A stretch of 64,000 nt of DNA from Octopus vulgaris (lineage: Eukaryota). A program made the translations under genes and the position numbers. Location: positions 54,560,001 through 54,624,000 of the forward strand of contig OX597817.1 of assembly GCA_951406725.2 (NCBI GenBank), read 5' to 3'. Positions within the stretch are counted from its first letter, which is position 1, and each line of letters starts with the position of its first letter. This document shows, in pieces, positions 28,905-41,084 of this stretch. Under the pieces are notes generated by a model. It was not told where the DNA came from. It saw only the letters and a program-made list of their open reading frames with translations, and did not search any database.

Positions 28905-29272
28905 CCATGGCACTCCGTTGGTTACGACGATGAGGGTTCCAGTTGATCCGATTAACGGAACAGCCCACTCGTGAAATTAACGTGCAAGTGGCTGAGCACT
29001 CCACAGTCACATGTACCTTTAATGTAGTTCTCGGGGAGATTCTACGCGACAAGGCTGGCCCTTTAAAATACAGGTACAACAGAAACAGGAAGAAAGAGTG
29101 AGAAAAAGTTGTGGTGAAAGAGTACAGCAGGGTTCACCACCTCCCGCTGCCGAAGCATCGTGGAGCTTCAGGCGTTTGCGCCCAATAAACATACACAACG
29201 CACAGTCTGGGAATCGAAACGGCGATCCCGCGATCGCGAGTTCACTGCCCTAACAACTGAGTCATTGCGCTA
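28905..29272 (-). mobile_element. tRNA-derived SINE family C
   Basis: tRNA-like head on minus strand; 3' half homologous to 61760-61950 (GTGGAGTGCTCAGCCACTTGCACGTTA). Confidence 0.75.
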
Positions 29273-29489
29273 CCGCTGCTATTATAAGCTACTGCGTAAT
29301 TGTTCGATCTGCTAAAAATAATCACCAAATCTCTCTCAGATCGGACACCACTCTATTAACAAGGGATGGACAAATTATTCAAGATTTCTCCAGTCTACAA
29401 ATAGATGGAATGGTCATTGATGGAACACATTTTGTTATTGACCTGATCGATTGCAGACACAAAAACATTTATATATATATATATATATA

Positions 29490-30340
29490 CGACGGGCTTC
29501 TTTCAGTTTCCGTCTACCAAATCCACTCACAAAGCTTCAGTCGGCCCGAGGCAATAGTAGAAGATACTTGTCCAATGTGCCACGCAGTGGGACTGAACCC
29601 GGAACCATGTGGTTGGGAAGAAAGCTACTTACCACACATCCAGGTCCGCGCCTTATGTTTACTTTAAATAACAAAGATAACTGCATTTTGTGAAGATAGA
29701 TTCCTTCCAGGGGCAGCTGTCCTGCGCTTGGTCTTGATCCTTTGTTGCACACGTTAACCTTCATTTAAATTTCTGCTCATTTATTTCGGTTGCAGATATT
29801 TGAATTAAGTTCAAACTACGTCACTATTTCATCCGTGAGAGGCATGAACGTCACACATTCTCATTTCTTTTATCAGATTCTTTCATTTTTTGTTGTTTGT
29901 TTTTTCTTTTTATTTGTTTCAAACATTTGACTGCGGCCCTGCTGAAGTACCGCGTTTAGTCGAACAAATCGACCCCAGGACTTATTCTTTGTAAGCCTGG
30001 AACTTATTCTATCGGTCAGTTTTGTCGAACCGCTAAGTTATGGGGATGTGAACACAACACCATCGGTTGTCAAGGGATGGTTGGGTGGGGGGACAAACGC
30101 AGACACACAAACATGGATATATATATATACATTCTTTTATTCTTTTACTTGTTTCAGCCACTTGACTGCAGCCATGCTGGAGCATCGCCTTTAGTCGGGA
30201 AAATACATCCCAGGACTTATTCTTTGTAAGCCTAGTACTTATTCTATCGATCACTTTTGCCGAACCGCTAGATAACGGGGACGTAGACACACCAACATTG
30301 GTTGTCAAGTGATGTTGGGGGACAAATGCAGACACGCAAA
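29490..30340 (-). mobile_element. SINE family A fragments (5' half 29490-29650; 3' halves about 29915-30110 and 30134-30340)
   Basis: Homology to other copies. Confidence 0.75.
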
Positions 30341-30440
30341 CATACATACACACACATATACATATACATTTATATATATACATATTATTATTATTATTAT
30401 TATTATTATTAGTAGTAGTAGTAGTAGCAGTAGTAGTAAT

Positions 30441-30471
<31 letters not shown>

Positions 30472-32043
30472 GTAGTAGTAGTAGTAGTAGTAGTACTGTA
30501 GAAGAAGGAAAATATTGTTTCTAAGACAAGGCTGCACGAATAGCGATGGTGTGTGAAAAAAATCCGAGTTGGGTCTGTTGCGACAGAATTCATTTTATAG
30601 GGCCTGACTAATCGATAATACTGTACTTTCATAACTGACTTAGAAGACGTAAATAATGTATCGGCACCTGTTATGGCTCATGGCTGTTCTCTGAGAATCA
30701 ATTAGTCATGTGACAGATATAAGGGCTGGGTTGAAATGGATAGGGGTTTGGGCGGGGCGGATTAGCGTTTGCCAAATCACAAAGAATATTCGGGAAATGG
30801 TAAGGATTAGGTAGATGGGAACTGGGAAAGTAGAGTGGCGATGGAGACGACGACGACGATGATGATGATGATGAGGATGATGATGGCAATGATGATGATG
30901 ATGGTGGTGGTGGTGATGATGCTGGTGGTTGTGTTGGTGGTGATGATGCTGGTGGTGGTGTTGATGGCAGGCAATACGATGATGACATCGATGATGCTGT
31001 TGAAGAAGAGGAAGAAGAAGAATAGGAGGAAAAGAAAAAGAAGGACGGGGGAAGATGAAGTAGAAAAAGAAGTAGGAGGAGGAGGAGGAGGAAGAAGAAG
31101 AAGGAGAAGATGACGATGAAAACGAAAAAGGAACGTGGGGAAGACGAAGTAGAAAAAGAAGGAGGAAGAAGAAGAAGAAGAAGAAGAAGAAGAAGAAGAA
31201 GAAGAAGAAGAAGAAGAAGAAGAAGAAGAAGAAGAAAAAAGGAACGAGGAGAAGACGAAGTAGAAAAAGAAGAAGGAGGAGGAGGAGGAGGAGGAGGAAG
31301 AAGAAGAAGAAGAAGAAGAAGAAGAAGAAGAAGAAGAAGAAGAAGAAGAAGAAGAAGAAGGAGAAGGAGGAGGAAGTGGAGAGATTTTAGAAGAGAAAAA
31401 TAGTCTTCGAATGTAAGAGGAAAATGAATGATGTGAGAGGCTAAAGAAGCGAGCGCAGCTGTAGATTACCAATTAAAGTGAGGTAGTTAATGATCCACTG
31501 AATAGCTCTGGATATTATCGTTGTCCAAGAGAAAACCAGTAGACCTTTCATTGAGAAGTACATTAATCATGAAAGATTGAAGTCTTCCGGGAGACTTTTA
31601 GACATATTCTTGGTCTGAACAAATTATCAATGATCTGCAAGGTTAGCTGTTGAACTGGGAATCATGTGATGTTACCAGTTCCAATGTAGGTGATTATGTG
31701 TAATGCAAAATAGTTTTCTTCGATCGGTAATGATTTCGGTTGGGTTTTCGCTTGTAATAATTTCACTGACCTAAAACTGAGATCCTGGTCGTTTCAATAA
31801 CATTCCAGCGGTGCCGTCTAAGAGAATTTATCTCCCTTTCCAAATACATAGAACTATATTAAAAAAAACAAAGCAAAAAACAATAGTATACTAGTGCATT
31901 TATATAGAGCTTTGGTTTTCAGTGTTATATTCTACAACAATATAATATATTTTCAAATTTCTAGCACATATACATATATAGTAGCATATGAGTTATTATG
32001 ATACATATATACTTACGCATGTATGTATAATACTTTAGCAAAT

Positions 32044-32088
<45 letters not shown>

Positions 32089-32099
32089 AAATATAAATA

Positions 32100-32153
<54 letters not shown>

Positions 32154-32237
32154 TGTTGTATCTGGGAAGAGTAATTTTCTTTTTGTGCCTTATAATGTAA
32201 CACACTCACCGGTAAAATTTCCACTTATTTCTAATTT

Positions 32238-32274
32238 CTTAAAATTTCGTTGCGTCTTGCAACCTTTTCAATAG
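32238..32274 (-). ncRNA. Possible HHR with compensatory U3-A8 core
   Basis: Minus strand cta-TTGAAAA-G-GTTGC-aagac-GCAAC-GAAA-TTTT; perfect 5-bp stem II but weak stems I and III; inside a TA-flanked insert at 32152-32332. Confidence 0.35.
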
Positions 32275-32564
32275 TCTTGACTCTCAACACACGAACTCAT
32301 ATAAAGAGTCTTGCAAACCAAATCCCCAAACGATATATATATATATATAGCAATAATAATTCTCTAAAAGAGATATAGACAGTAACTGCTCGATAACATA
32401 AGGGACTAAAGCCATCTGAATATGGCTAGGGACAGGGTAGGGTGGTGGGGGTGTTACTGTTGCATTTAGCCCCTGGCGAACATCGACGTCACCAGAAAGG
32501 CCCGACACCGTCACGGTGTCCTTAACCTGCAAAGGGAGGTAATTCCCCGATGAAGCGGAAACCA

Positions 32565-32610
32565 CACACGGACCATGGTTTCAAGGTGTATTGCCTATCG
32601 TCGGCGTGTG
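32565..32610 (-). ncRNA. Type I hammerhead ribozyme, U4C core
   Basis: Reverse complement of 33035-33080. Confidence 0.75.
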
Positions 32611-33034
32611 GTAGGCTTCCGCTTCCTCGACGAATTCTCACTCTGCAGGATATTCATATATAGATTTTCAAGCAAAATACATTTGCTGATTTCGAAAATC
32701 TGTTCGAAAGCAATAATAATTCTCTAAAAGAGATATAGACAGTAACTGCTCGATAACATAAGGGACTAAAGCCACCTGAATATGGCTAGGGACAGGGCAG
32801 GGTGGTGGGGGTGTTACTGTTGCATTTAGCCCCAGGCGAACATCGACGTCACCAGAAAGGCCCATTCAGATGGCTTTAGTCCCTTATGTTATCGAGCAGT
32901 TACTGTCTATATGTCTTTTAGAGAATTATTATTGCTTTCGAACAGATTTTCGAAATCAGCAAATGTATTTTGCTTGAAAATCTATATATGAATATCCTGC
33001 AGAGTGAGAATTCGTCGAGGAAGCGGAAGCCTAC

Positions 33035-33080
33035 CACACGCCGACGATAGGCAATACACCTTGAAACCATGGTCCGTGTG
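33035..33080 (+). ncRNA. Type I hammerhead ribozyme, U4C core
   Basis: CACACG-CCGACGA-T-AGG-caataca-CCT-T-GAAA-CCATGG-TC-CGTGTG; palindromic stem III ACCATGGT; GUC site at 33074; stem I extends via GAAGCGGAA/TTCCGCTTC. Confidence 0.8.
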
Positions 33081-33389
33081 TGGTTTCCGCTTCATCGGGG
33101 AATTACCTCCCTTTGCAGGTTAAGGACACCGTGACGGTGTCGGGCCTTTCTGGTGACGTCGATGTTCGCCTGGGGCTAAATGCAACAGTAACACCCCCAC
33201 CACCCTGCCCTGTCCCTAGCCATATTCAGATGGCTTTAGTCCCTTATGTTATATATATATATATATATACAGGTATTTGGAACAATTTTGGGGGGTATTA
33301 TATGATAATATTATTTTATTCTCAGTCAGAAGAATTCAGAATAGGAAATTTCTTACACGTTTCTCCTTCATCATATACAAATTTTTTTA

Positions 33390-33776
33390 TTTGTTTCACT
33401 CAAATGACGGGAGCCGTGCTGGAGTACCGCCTTTAGTCGAGACAGTCGACCCCGGGACTTATTCTTTTTAAGCCTAGTACTTATATTATCGGTTTCTTTT
33501 GCCGAACTGCTAAGTTACGGGGACATAAACACACCAGCATCGGTTGTCAAGCAATGCTGGGGGGACGAACACAGACACACAAACATACACACACATATTT
33601 ATACATATATAAGACGGGCTTCTTTAAGTTTCCGTCTACCAAATCCACTCCTAAGATTTTGGTTGGCCCGAGGCTATAGTAGAAGACACTTGCCCAAGAT
33701 GCCACACAGTGGGACTGAACCCGCAACCATGTAGCTGGTAAGCAAGCTACTTACCCCACAGCCACTCCTGCGTCTA
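33390..33776 (-). mobile_element. SINE family A
   Basis: Homology to other copies. Confidence 0.9.
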
Positions 33777-34038
33777 TGAACTGTTAGCAAATGAAACACG
33801 TGTAACGGTGAATATATAATACCAAAATATTTCAACTTCCTGCTTTGTTATATAAGCTCTCTGCAAACAATATTTCCAGAATAAAATACAAAAACAACAC
33901 ACTACAATAAATAATAATTGTAGTAATAGAATACCCAGGTGTGCTATACCCAAAGATATAGCCTTGATTTCATCCTGCCTACATGTTACATATATATAAA
34001 TATATGTGCGTGTGTGTGTATGTGCGTGTGTGTGTGTG

Positions 34039-34113
<75 letters not shown>

Positions 34114-34120
34114 GCATATG

Positions 34121-34166
<46 letters not shown>

Positions 34167-34757
34167 ATATATAATATATATATACTCTTACTCTTTACAT
34201 GCTTCAATCACTTGACTGTGGCCATACTGGAGCACCGCCTTTAGTCGAGCAAATCGACTCCAGGACTTATTATTTGTAAGCCTAGCACTTATTCTATCGG
34301 TCTCGCAGCACCTCCTCCACCGCCACATTCACCACCATCACCACCATCACTAGCAGCAGCAGCACCAACACCACGAAAATCACCAGAACCACCACCACCA
34401 AAAACAAAAACAACAACAACAACATGACTACCACTACAAGCACCGCGACAACCACCACCACCACCACCAAGTCCATCAGAGAAATGTCGATGTGGAAGTC
34501 ATCTGAGGATTACGGATGAGAAGCAGTAAAAATAGTAACTTACGAAGTGTCAGTTTCGAAATAAGAATATCCAATCTGTTTCTTGTATTAAGAACTGTCT
34601 CAGACTTCATTTACTTACAAAGAATTAGTTATTACCATATCTTCTCTCCTTCGTTCCCTCCACACACACATATGCATACATATATCTATACACACACACG
34701 TACACACATATATATTGATATATGTAAGTATATACATATATAAGCACATACATAAGC

Positions 34758-34798
<41 letters not shown>

Positions 34799-34916
34799 AA
34801 AATGTGCGTATATATACACTCATACACACACATATATGTATATATATATATACATATATATATATACGCACACACGCGCACACACACATACATATATTAT
34901 GTATATATATATATAT

Positions 34917-34958
<42 letters not shown>

Positions 34959-34965
34959 GACATAT

Positions 34966-34998
<33 letters not shown>

Positions 34999-35001
34999 CA
35001 T

Positions 35002-35380
35002 AGGCGCAGGAGTGGCTGTGTGGTAAGTAGCTTGCTTACCAACCACATGGTTATGGGTTCAGTCTTACTGCGTAGCACCTTGGGCAAATGTCTTCTACTA
35101 TAGCCTCGGGTCGACCAACGCCATGTCAGTGGATCTGGTAGACAGAAACTAAAAGAAGCCCGTCATATATATAAATATATATATGTTTGTATATCTGTGT
35201 TTGTCCTCATAGCATCGCTTGACAACCAATGCTGGTGTGTTTACGTCCCTGTAAACTAGCGGTTCGACAAAAGAGAACGATAGAAAAAGTACTAAGGTTA
35301 CAAAGAATAAGTCCTGGGGTCGATTTTTTCGACTAAAGGCGGTGCTCCAGCATGGCCGCACTCAAATGTCTGAAACCGAA
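35002..35380 (+). mobile_element. SINE family A, full length
   Basis: Head AGGCGCAGGAGTGGCTGTGTGGTAAG through to tail. Confidence 0.9.
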
Positions 35381-35436
35381 GGAAGAAAAGAAAAAAAAAG
35401 AATATATGTATACACGTATGTGTGTGTGTGTATATA

Positions 35437-35486
<50 letters not shown>

Positions 35487-35487
<1 letters not shown>

Positions 35488-35663
35488 CCATGATAGATCG
35501 CTAGCCACTACACATTCTTTATGTTCTCTCCATGTTTCTTTCTGTGTTCCATTCTGTGGAAGAACCTAGGCTCGAATCGTTAAAGACTTTTTCACTTCCC
35601 GAGCGTTAAACTAATACATCTGTTTGTTGTCTACACCACCAGTCTTCGTCTTTTTATTTTTTG
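35487..35663 (+). mobile_element. Family E element with decayed HHR (35551-35585), truncated by a SINE
   Basis: CTGTGGA-AGAACCTAGGCTC-GAAT-CG-TT-AAAG; homologous to 21398-21587. Confidence 0.65.
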
Positions 35664-36016
35664 TGGCTGTGTGGTAAGTAGCTTGCTTACCAACCACATG
35701 GTTCCGGTTTCATTCCCACTGCGTGGCACCTTGGGCAAGTGTCTTCTACTATAGCCTCGGGTCGACCAATGCCTTATCAGTGGATCTGGTAGACAGAAAC
35801 TAAAAGAAGCCCGTCGTATATATGTATATATATGTATGTGTGTATATGTTTGTGTGTCTGTGTTTGTCCCCCCACCATTGCTTGACAACCGATGCTGGTG
35901 TGTTTATGTCCCCGTAACTTAGCGGTTCAGCAAAAGAGCATGATAGAATAAGTACTAGGCTTACTCGACTAGAAGGCGGTGCTCCAGCATGGCTACAGTC
36001 AAATGACTGAAACAAG
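35664..36016 (+). mobile_element. SINE family A
   Basis: Homology to other copies. Confidence 0.85.
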
Positions 36017-36028
36017 TATAAAAAAAGA

Positions 36029-36065
<37 letters not shown>

Positions 36066-36082
36066 ATATGCAACTATAAAAA

Positions 36083-36643
36083 TATTTATTTCTTTATTGC
36101 CCACCGAGGAGACAAACAAGGACAGACAAAGAGATGAATTCGATTACATCGACCCCAGTGCGAAACTGGTACTTCTTTAATCGACACCGAAAGGATTAAA
36201 GGCGAAGTCGACCTCGTCGGAATTTGAACTCAGAACGTAACAGCAGACGAAATACCTATTTCTTTACTACCCACAAGGGGCTAAACCCAGAGAGAAGAAA
36301 CCAGGACAGACAAACGGATTAAGTCGATTACATCGACTCCAGTGCGTAACTGGTACTTAATTTATCGACCCCATGAAAGGCAAAATCGACCTCGGCGGAA
36401 TTTGAGCGTTAGACAAATTACCTATTTCTTTACTACCGACAAGTGGCTAAACACAGAGAGGACAAACAAGGACAGACAAACGGATTAAGTCGATTATATC
36501 AACCCCAGTGCGTAACTGGTACCTATTTAATCGACCCCGAAAGGATGAAAGACAAAGTCGACCTCGGCGGAATCTGAACTCAGAACGTAAGGGCAGACGA
36601 AATACTGCTAAGCATTTCACCCGGCTTGCTAACGATTCTGCCA
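36083..36643 (-). mobile_element. Tandem trimer of SINE family B units
   Basis: Three consecutive units starting TATTTCTTTA at about 36086, 36258 and 36423. Confidence 0.85.
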
Positions 36644-37295
36644 GTTGTGAAAGAGAATGAGGAGACAGAGAGAGAGAGAGAGAGAGGGGGGGGGAGAAGT
36701 TCAAGCGGGAAAGGAGGAAGTAAAGGAAAGAGGGCAAATGAAGTGAGTTATATGTATGTGTGTATTTGTTTGAATTTATAAATACATTTATATACATATG
36801 TGTATGTGTGTGTGTGTGTGTTTGTGTGTGTGCATGTAAATGTAAATACGTGCATGTTAGTATACAGAGTGAGAGAGGAGAGGAAGTTAAGTCCATGTAT
36901 AAAGATAAGCAAGTGTGTTAAGATGCTGCGTATATAGATTGGTAGACAGGTATGTCGCTGTATAACTTCCCTAAATCTGATATTTTTTCTGTTTTAAATA
37001 TTGAAACGGCAGCAGCTACCAATTATATGAATCCAGTAAAAAGCTAGTCGAAGACTCCGCCGCCATCTTTGATTCCAACGCTTTGCCAAGATGCAAGAAA
37101 AAAAATTGGAAGAAAGAAATATTGTTTTCATGCTAGATGTTGAAAATAGTTTGGTGAAAGCCTTCTGGAAAAATATCGAGATATGTCTAAGAAAAAAAAA
37201 ATTGGTGATAACATCAAAGGAAATTTAGCAGTACTCTGCGAATGTGTGTGTTTGTACGTGTTTGTATATACACATACATGCATGCATACATACAT

Positions 37296-37357
<62 letters not shown>

Positions 37358-37616
37358 TTATATATGTATATGTACGTATATATGTATATACATATATATA
37401 CATTAATATTAATGTATATGATTATTACTATATAGGTGTGTATATATATATATATACATACATATATATACAAACACATACACATATATATTTCTGTATA
37501 TATATATATACATAAAATTATATATAGATACATACATATATACTCGCACACGTGCAGGCATAGAATACATAATATATATTAATATATGCAGACATACACA
37601 CGTATATGAATACACA

Positions 37617-37667
<51 letters not shown>

Positions 37668-37801
37668 GTGTGTACATATATATGTGTGAGTGTGTGTGTA
37701 TTTATGTACATTTATGTATGTGTATATACATATGTAAACTACTGTATATGAATGCATAAATATTTATACGTCAATCTATAAGTTCACATGCATTTACCTG
37801 C

Positions 37802-37832
<31 letters not shown>

Positions 37833-37990
37833 CATACATACATACATACATACATACACACATACACACACACATACACACGTGTATGTATGTTTGGCTG
37901 CTCTCTGTACTTGCGCATTTTCGTGTTTGTATTTTTGTATCGGTTTCTTTAAAAGTGTAATTTATGTTTCTGTAGAATGAAAATGAGTTT

Positions 37991-38057
<67 letters not shown>

Positions 38058-38715
38058 TGTGTGTATGTGTGTGTGTGAGTGAAAGAGAGAGAGAGAGTGG
38101 GTGGTAAAGTGGGGTGGGAGAATAAAATTTCGCTAGTAAACAAATTCGTAGTCAGAAACACATCTCTCTCACACACACACACATACACACAAACATACAC
38201 ACACACACACACATGCGTATACACATATACCATATATCCAACTACACACATTCATTTGCGCATATACAGTCACGTACATGCACACGCACATGTATGCGTG
38301 TATGCATGTGTATGTCTACCTGTATGTTTTGGTTGATAGTATGTGTGAGTTTTACGTAAACAAGCGTATATAATGTAGCCCGTATATACATACATACATA
38401 CATACATTCATACATAAATACATACATATAAGCATACATAAATACATATATGTATATGTATATATATATTAATATATTTATAAATATATATATATACATA
38501 TATACACATATTTATATGCATATATAAATTCATACATATGTATATATAAAAAATAAGTTTAAGGACTCTGCACACATACAAGCACATATATACTCACACA
38601 CACACACACACACATATTTACAAAACCAAGATGGATTTGTAAAATTATATATATATATACACTTATTTTTATATCCATATATACGTTCAAATATATGTAT
38701 ACATACATATATATA

Positions 38716-38777
<62 letters not shown>

Positions 38778-39111
38778 TATGTTTAAGGTCTATGGACACA
38801 CACACACAGTGAAACTGACATTCACGTACATATGTTGTTACACGCATGCAATCACACATCCATATTTTTCTATATGAATAATATTTTCGTCTTATGACTA
38901 ATTCGTCTTTTGTGCTGGGCACCTGGTAGTAAATAATATTACTACCCTTCTTGTTTATATTCGCATACTACATGATGAATTTATTCGTAAAATTCTTCCC
39001 GGCATGCCCGTGTAAATTTTGCGTCTGCGCAGAGATTTGAAAAGTTAAGATCTGCTAGTAGTCGGGTTTAACATATAGCCCCACATCGCTGAAGACCTCG
39101 ATTAAATTCAG

Positions 39112-39191
39112 GCGACTCGCTGATGAAGCCAGCCTTAGCAAACATATTCTGTGTTTTGCTAGAAAGAAGCAGAAACCGCGGTACGAGTTGT
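39112..39191 (+). ncRNA. Type I hammerhead ribozyme (canonical core)
   Basis: GCGACTCG-CTGATGA-...TAGCAAACATA ttc TGTGTTTTGCTA...-GAAA-CCGCGG-TA-CGAGTTGT; 8-bp stem I (2 G-U pairs), palindromic stem III ACCGCGGT, GUA site at 39183; base of stem II is weak. Confidence 0.8.
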
Positions 39192-39556
39192 TAAAATTAT
39201 CGGTAAACGTTTTTGATTTTCACTCTCGATAAATTCATCCCCTTTTTGTGTTCCCAGCACTCGGCATCTTTATTTAGGAGCCCTTAATTGTATAACCACA
39301 TGAATAATATTTTTCTATATGAATAATATTTTCGTCTTATGACTAATTCGTCTTTTGTGCTGGGCACCTGGTAGTAAATAATATTACTACCCTTCTTGTT
39401 TATATTCGCATACTACATGATGAATTTATTCGTAAAATTCTTCCCGGCATGCCCGTGTAAATTTTGCGTCTGCGCAGAGATTTGAAAAGTTAAGATCTGC
39501 TAGTAGTCGGGTTTAACATATAGCCCCACATCGCTGAAGACCTCGATTAAATTCAG

Positions 39557-39636
39557 GCGACTCGCTGATGAAGCCAGCCTTAGCAAACATATTCTGTGTT
39601 TTGCTAGAAAGAAGCAGAAACCGCGGTACGAGTTGT
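39557..39636 (+). ncRNA. Type I hammerhead ribozyme (second tandem copy)
   Basis: Same sequence as 39112-39191, offset by 445 bp. Confidence 0.8.
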
Positions 39637-39830
39637 TAAAATTATCGGTAAACGTTTTTGATTTTCACTCTCGATAAATTCATCCCCTTTTTGTGTTCCC
39701 AGCACTCGGCATCTTTATTTAGGAGCCCTTAATTGTATAACCACATGAATAATATTTTTCTATATATATATATATTTATCTGTTGGTAACAATCCAGCGT
39801 GGAGACGCGCACCAACGTCAGTTGTGGCAC

Positions 39831-39876
39831 ACTTGATAATTGCTTAGTATTTCCAGCATGAAACCAATGGTAAAGT
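39831..39876 (+). ncRNA. Degenerate HHR-like motif
   Basis: ACTT-GATAA-T-TGC...GCA-T-GAAA-CCAATGG-TA-AAGT; stem III ACCA(A)TGGT and ACTT/AAGT stem I are present, but the 5' core is damaged. Confidence 0.45.
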
Positions 39877-39959
39877 ATATTTATTCACCAATGCGATGTT
39901 GAGTCTCTTATTCCCACTGTTCGATATCATCTTATACATATACGTACATACATATCTCT

Positions 39960-40038
<79 letters not shown>

Positions 40039-40075
40039 CCTATCTATCTATCTATCTATCTATCTATATATCTAC

Positions 40076-40144
<69 letters not shown>

Positions 40145-40275
40145 CATCTATCTGCACATATATATGTAGCTATGTATGTATTTGTATATATAGAGACGAT
40201 AAGAAATGGAGCAATTAACAGTGAGAAGTAGATCATTGGTGTTTTTAAAGTTATTGTTTAATTAAAAAGAGAGTA

Positions 40276-40355
40276 TGTTTACAGCTGTTTCTGTATATCA
40301 AGCTGGGGATAAATTTGCATTTACCTCGTTACAATTGATAGACATCTTCGGAACA
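40276..40355 (-). ncRNA. Type I hammerhead ribozyme, U4C core, in the 3' region of a Penelope-like remnant
   Basis: TGTT-CCGAAGA-TGTCTATCAA...TTGATATACA-GAAA-CAGCTG-TA-AACA; stem II pairs at 9 of 10 positions; palindrome ACAGCTGT. Confidence 0.8.
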
Positions 40356-41084
40356 GTTATATGGCAAAAGATAAATAGAAAGAAAATAGAGTAGAAAATA
40401 TAAGGAAAGGAAAGGAAAAAGGAAAAAAATGTTCCTTAATTCAATAGTCTTACATTTTAGTGACTTCCCATAATTTATTGTATCAGTTAGAGGAAAGAAG
40501 AGAAGAGAGTTTGATAAATCCATGGTCTTATAATTAGTTAGTTTCATAATTCCTCGTGTCCGTAGGTTCTAGCATCCGCTGCCCATTGCTGGTTGACCGC
40601 CGGTGTAAGCCGAGGGGTTTATAGCTATTGGGGATGTCCCGGTGTAGTTATTTGGACATATGTGACGCTAATTTATAACTTGTAATTTAGTTCATGCAAT
40701 TTCAAAGGAAGCCGTAGTATAAGTTTAATGTTATTATTTAAAGTATCTACGATTCTGTGTGTACAATAGGCTAAGTAAATGAATAATATAATGTGTTTAA
40801 GAGTACATAGAAAAACAATAAGATCGCCAGGGAAATTATAGCGTGTAAAATGAGTCGGTAGTGTAGCTTTAAAGTGAAATTAAATAATGGGAAAATAGTG
40901 TCCTAGAGTAGTACGTAAAATAAGTATAAAGTTCAGTAATTAGTTATATTGTGGAGTGAAGTTGGGTAGTGATAAGTGGTACGTGGGAAGGTTAAGGGGA
41001 GGTAATAAGAGGTTAAGCAGGTTCGCTAATAACCCGTAAAATAGGGATTAGCGATACTTAAAGGATCAAATGTTTTAGCGATAT

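Larger units (their letters stand above)
32350..33252. mobile_element. Retrozyme/Penelope pLTR-like element: 360-bp unit, about 1.4 copies (minus) head-to-head with about 1.1 copies (plus)
   Basis: 32351 repeats at 32711 and 32864 repeats at 33224 (period 360); 32864-33252 is the reverse complement of the left arm; (TA)n at both ends. Confidence 0.85.
38862..39765 (+). repeat. Tandem dimer of a 445-bp HHR-bearing unit (retrozyme-like)
   Basis: ATATTTTTCTATAT recurs at 38862, 39307 and 39752; the two units look identical; ends in (TA)n. Confidence 0.92.

Noticed and set aside
33189-33240. TAACAC...GTCCCTAGCC twister-like words in the 360-bp unit
   Set aside because: Could not build the required pseudoknot pairings
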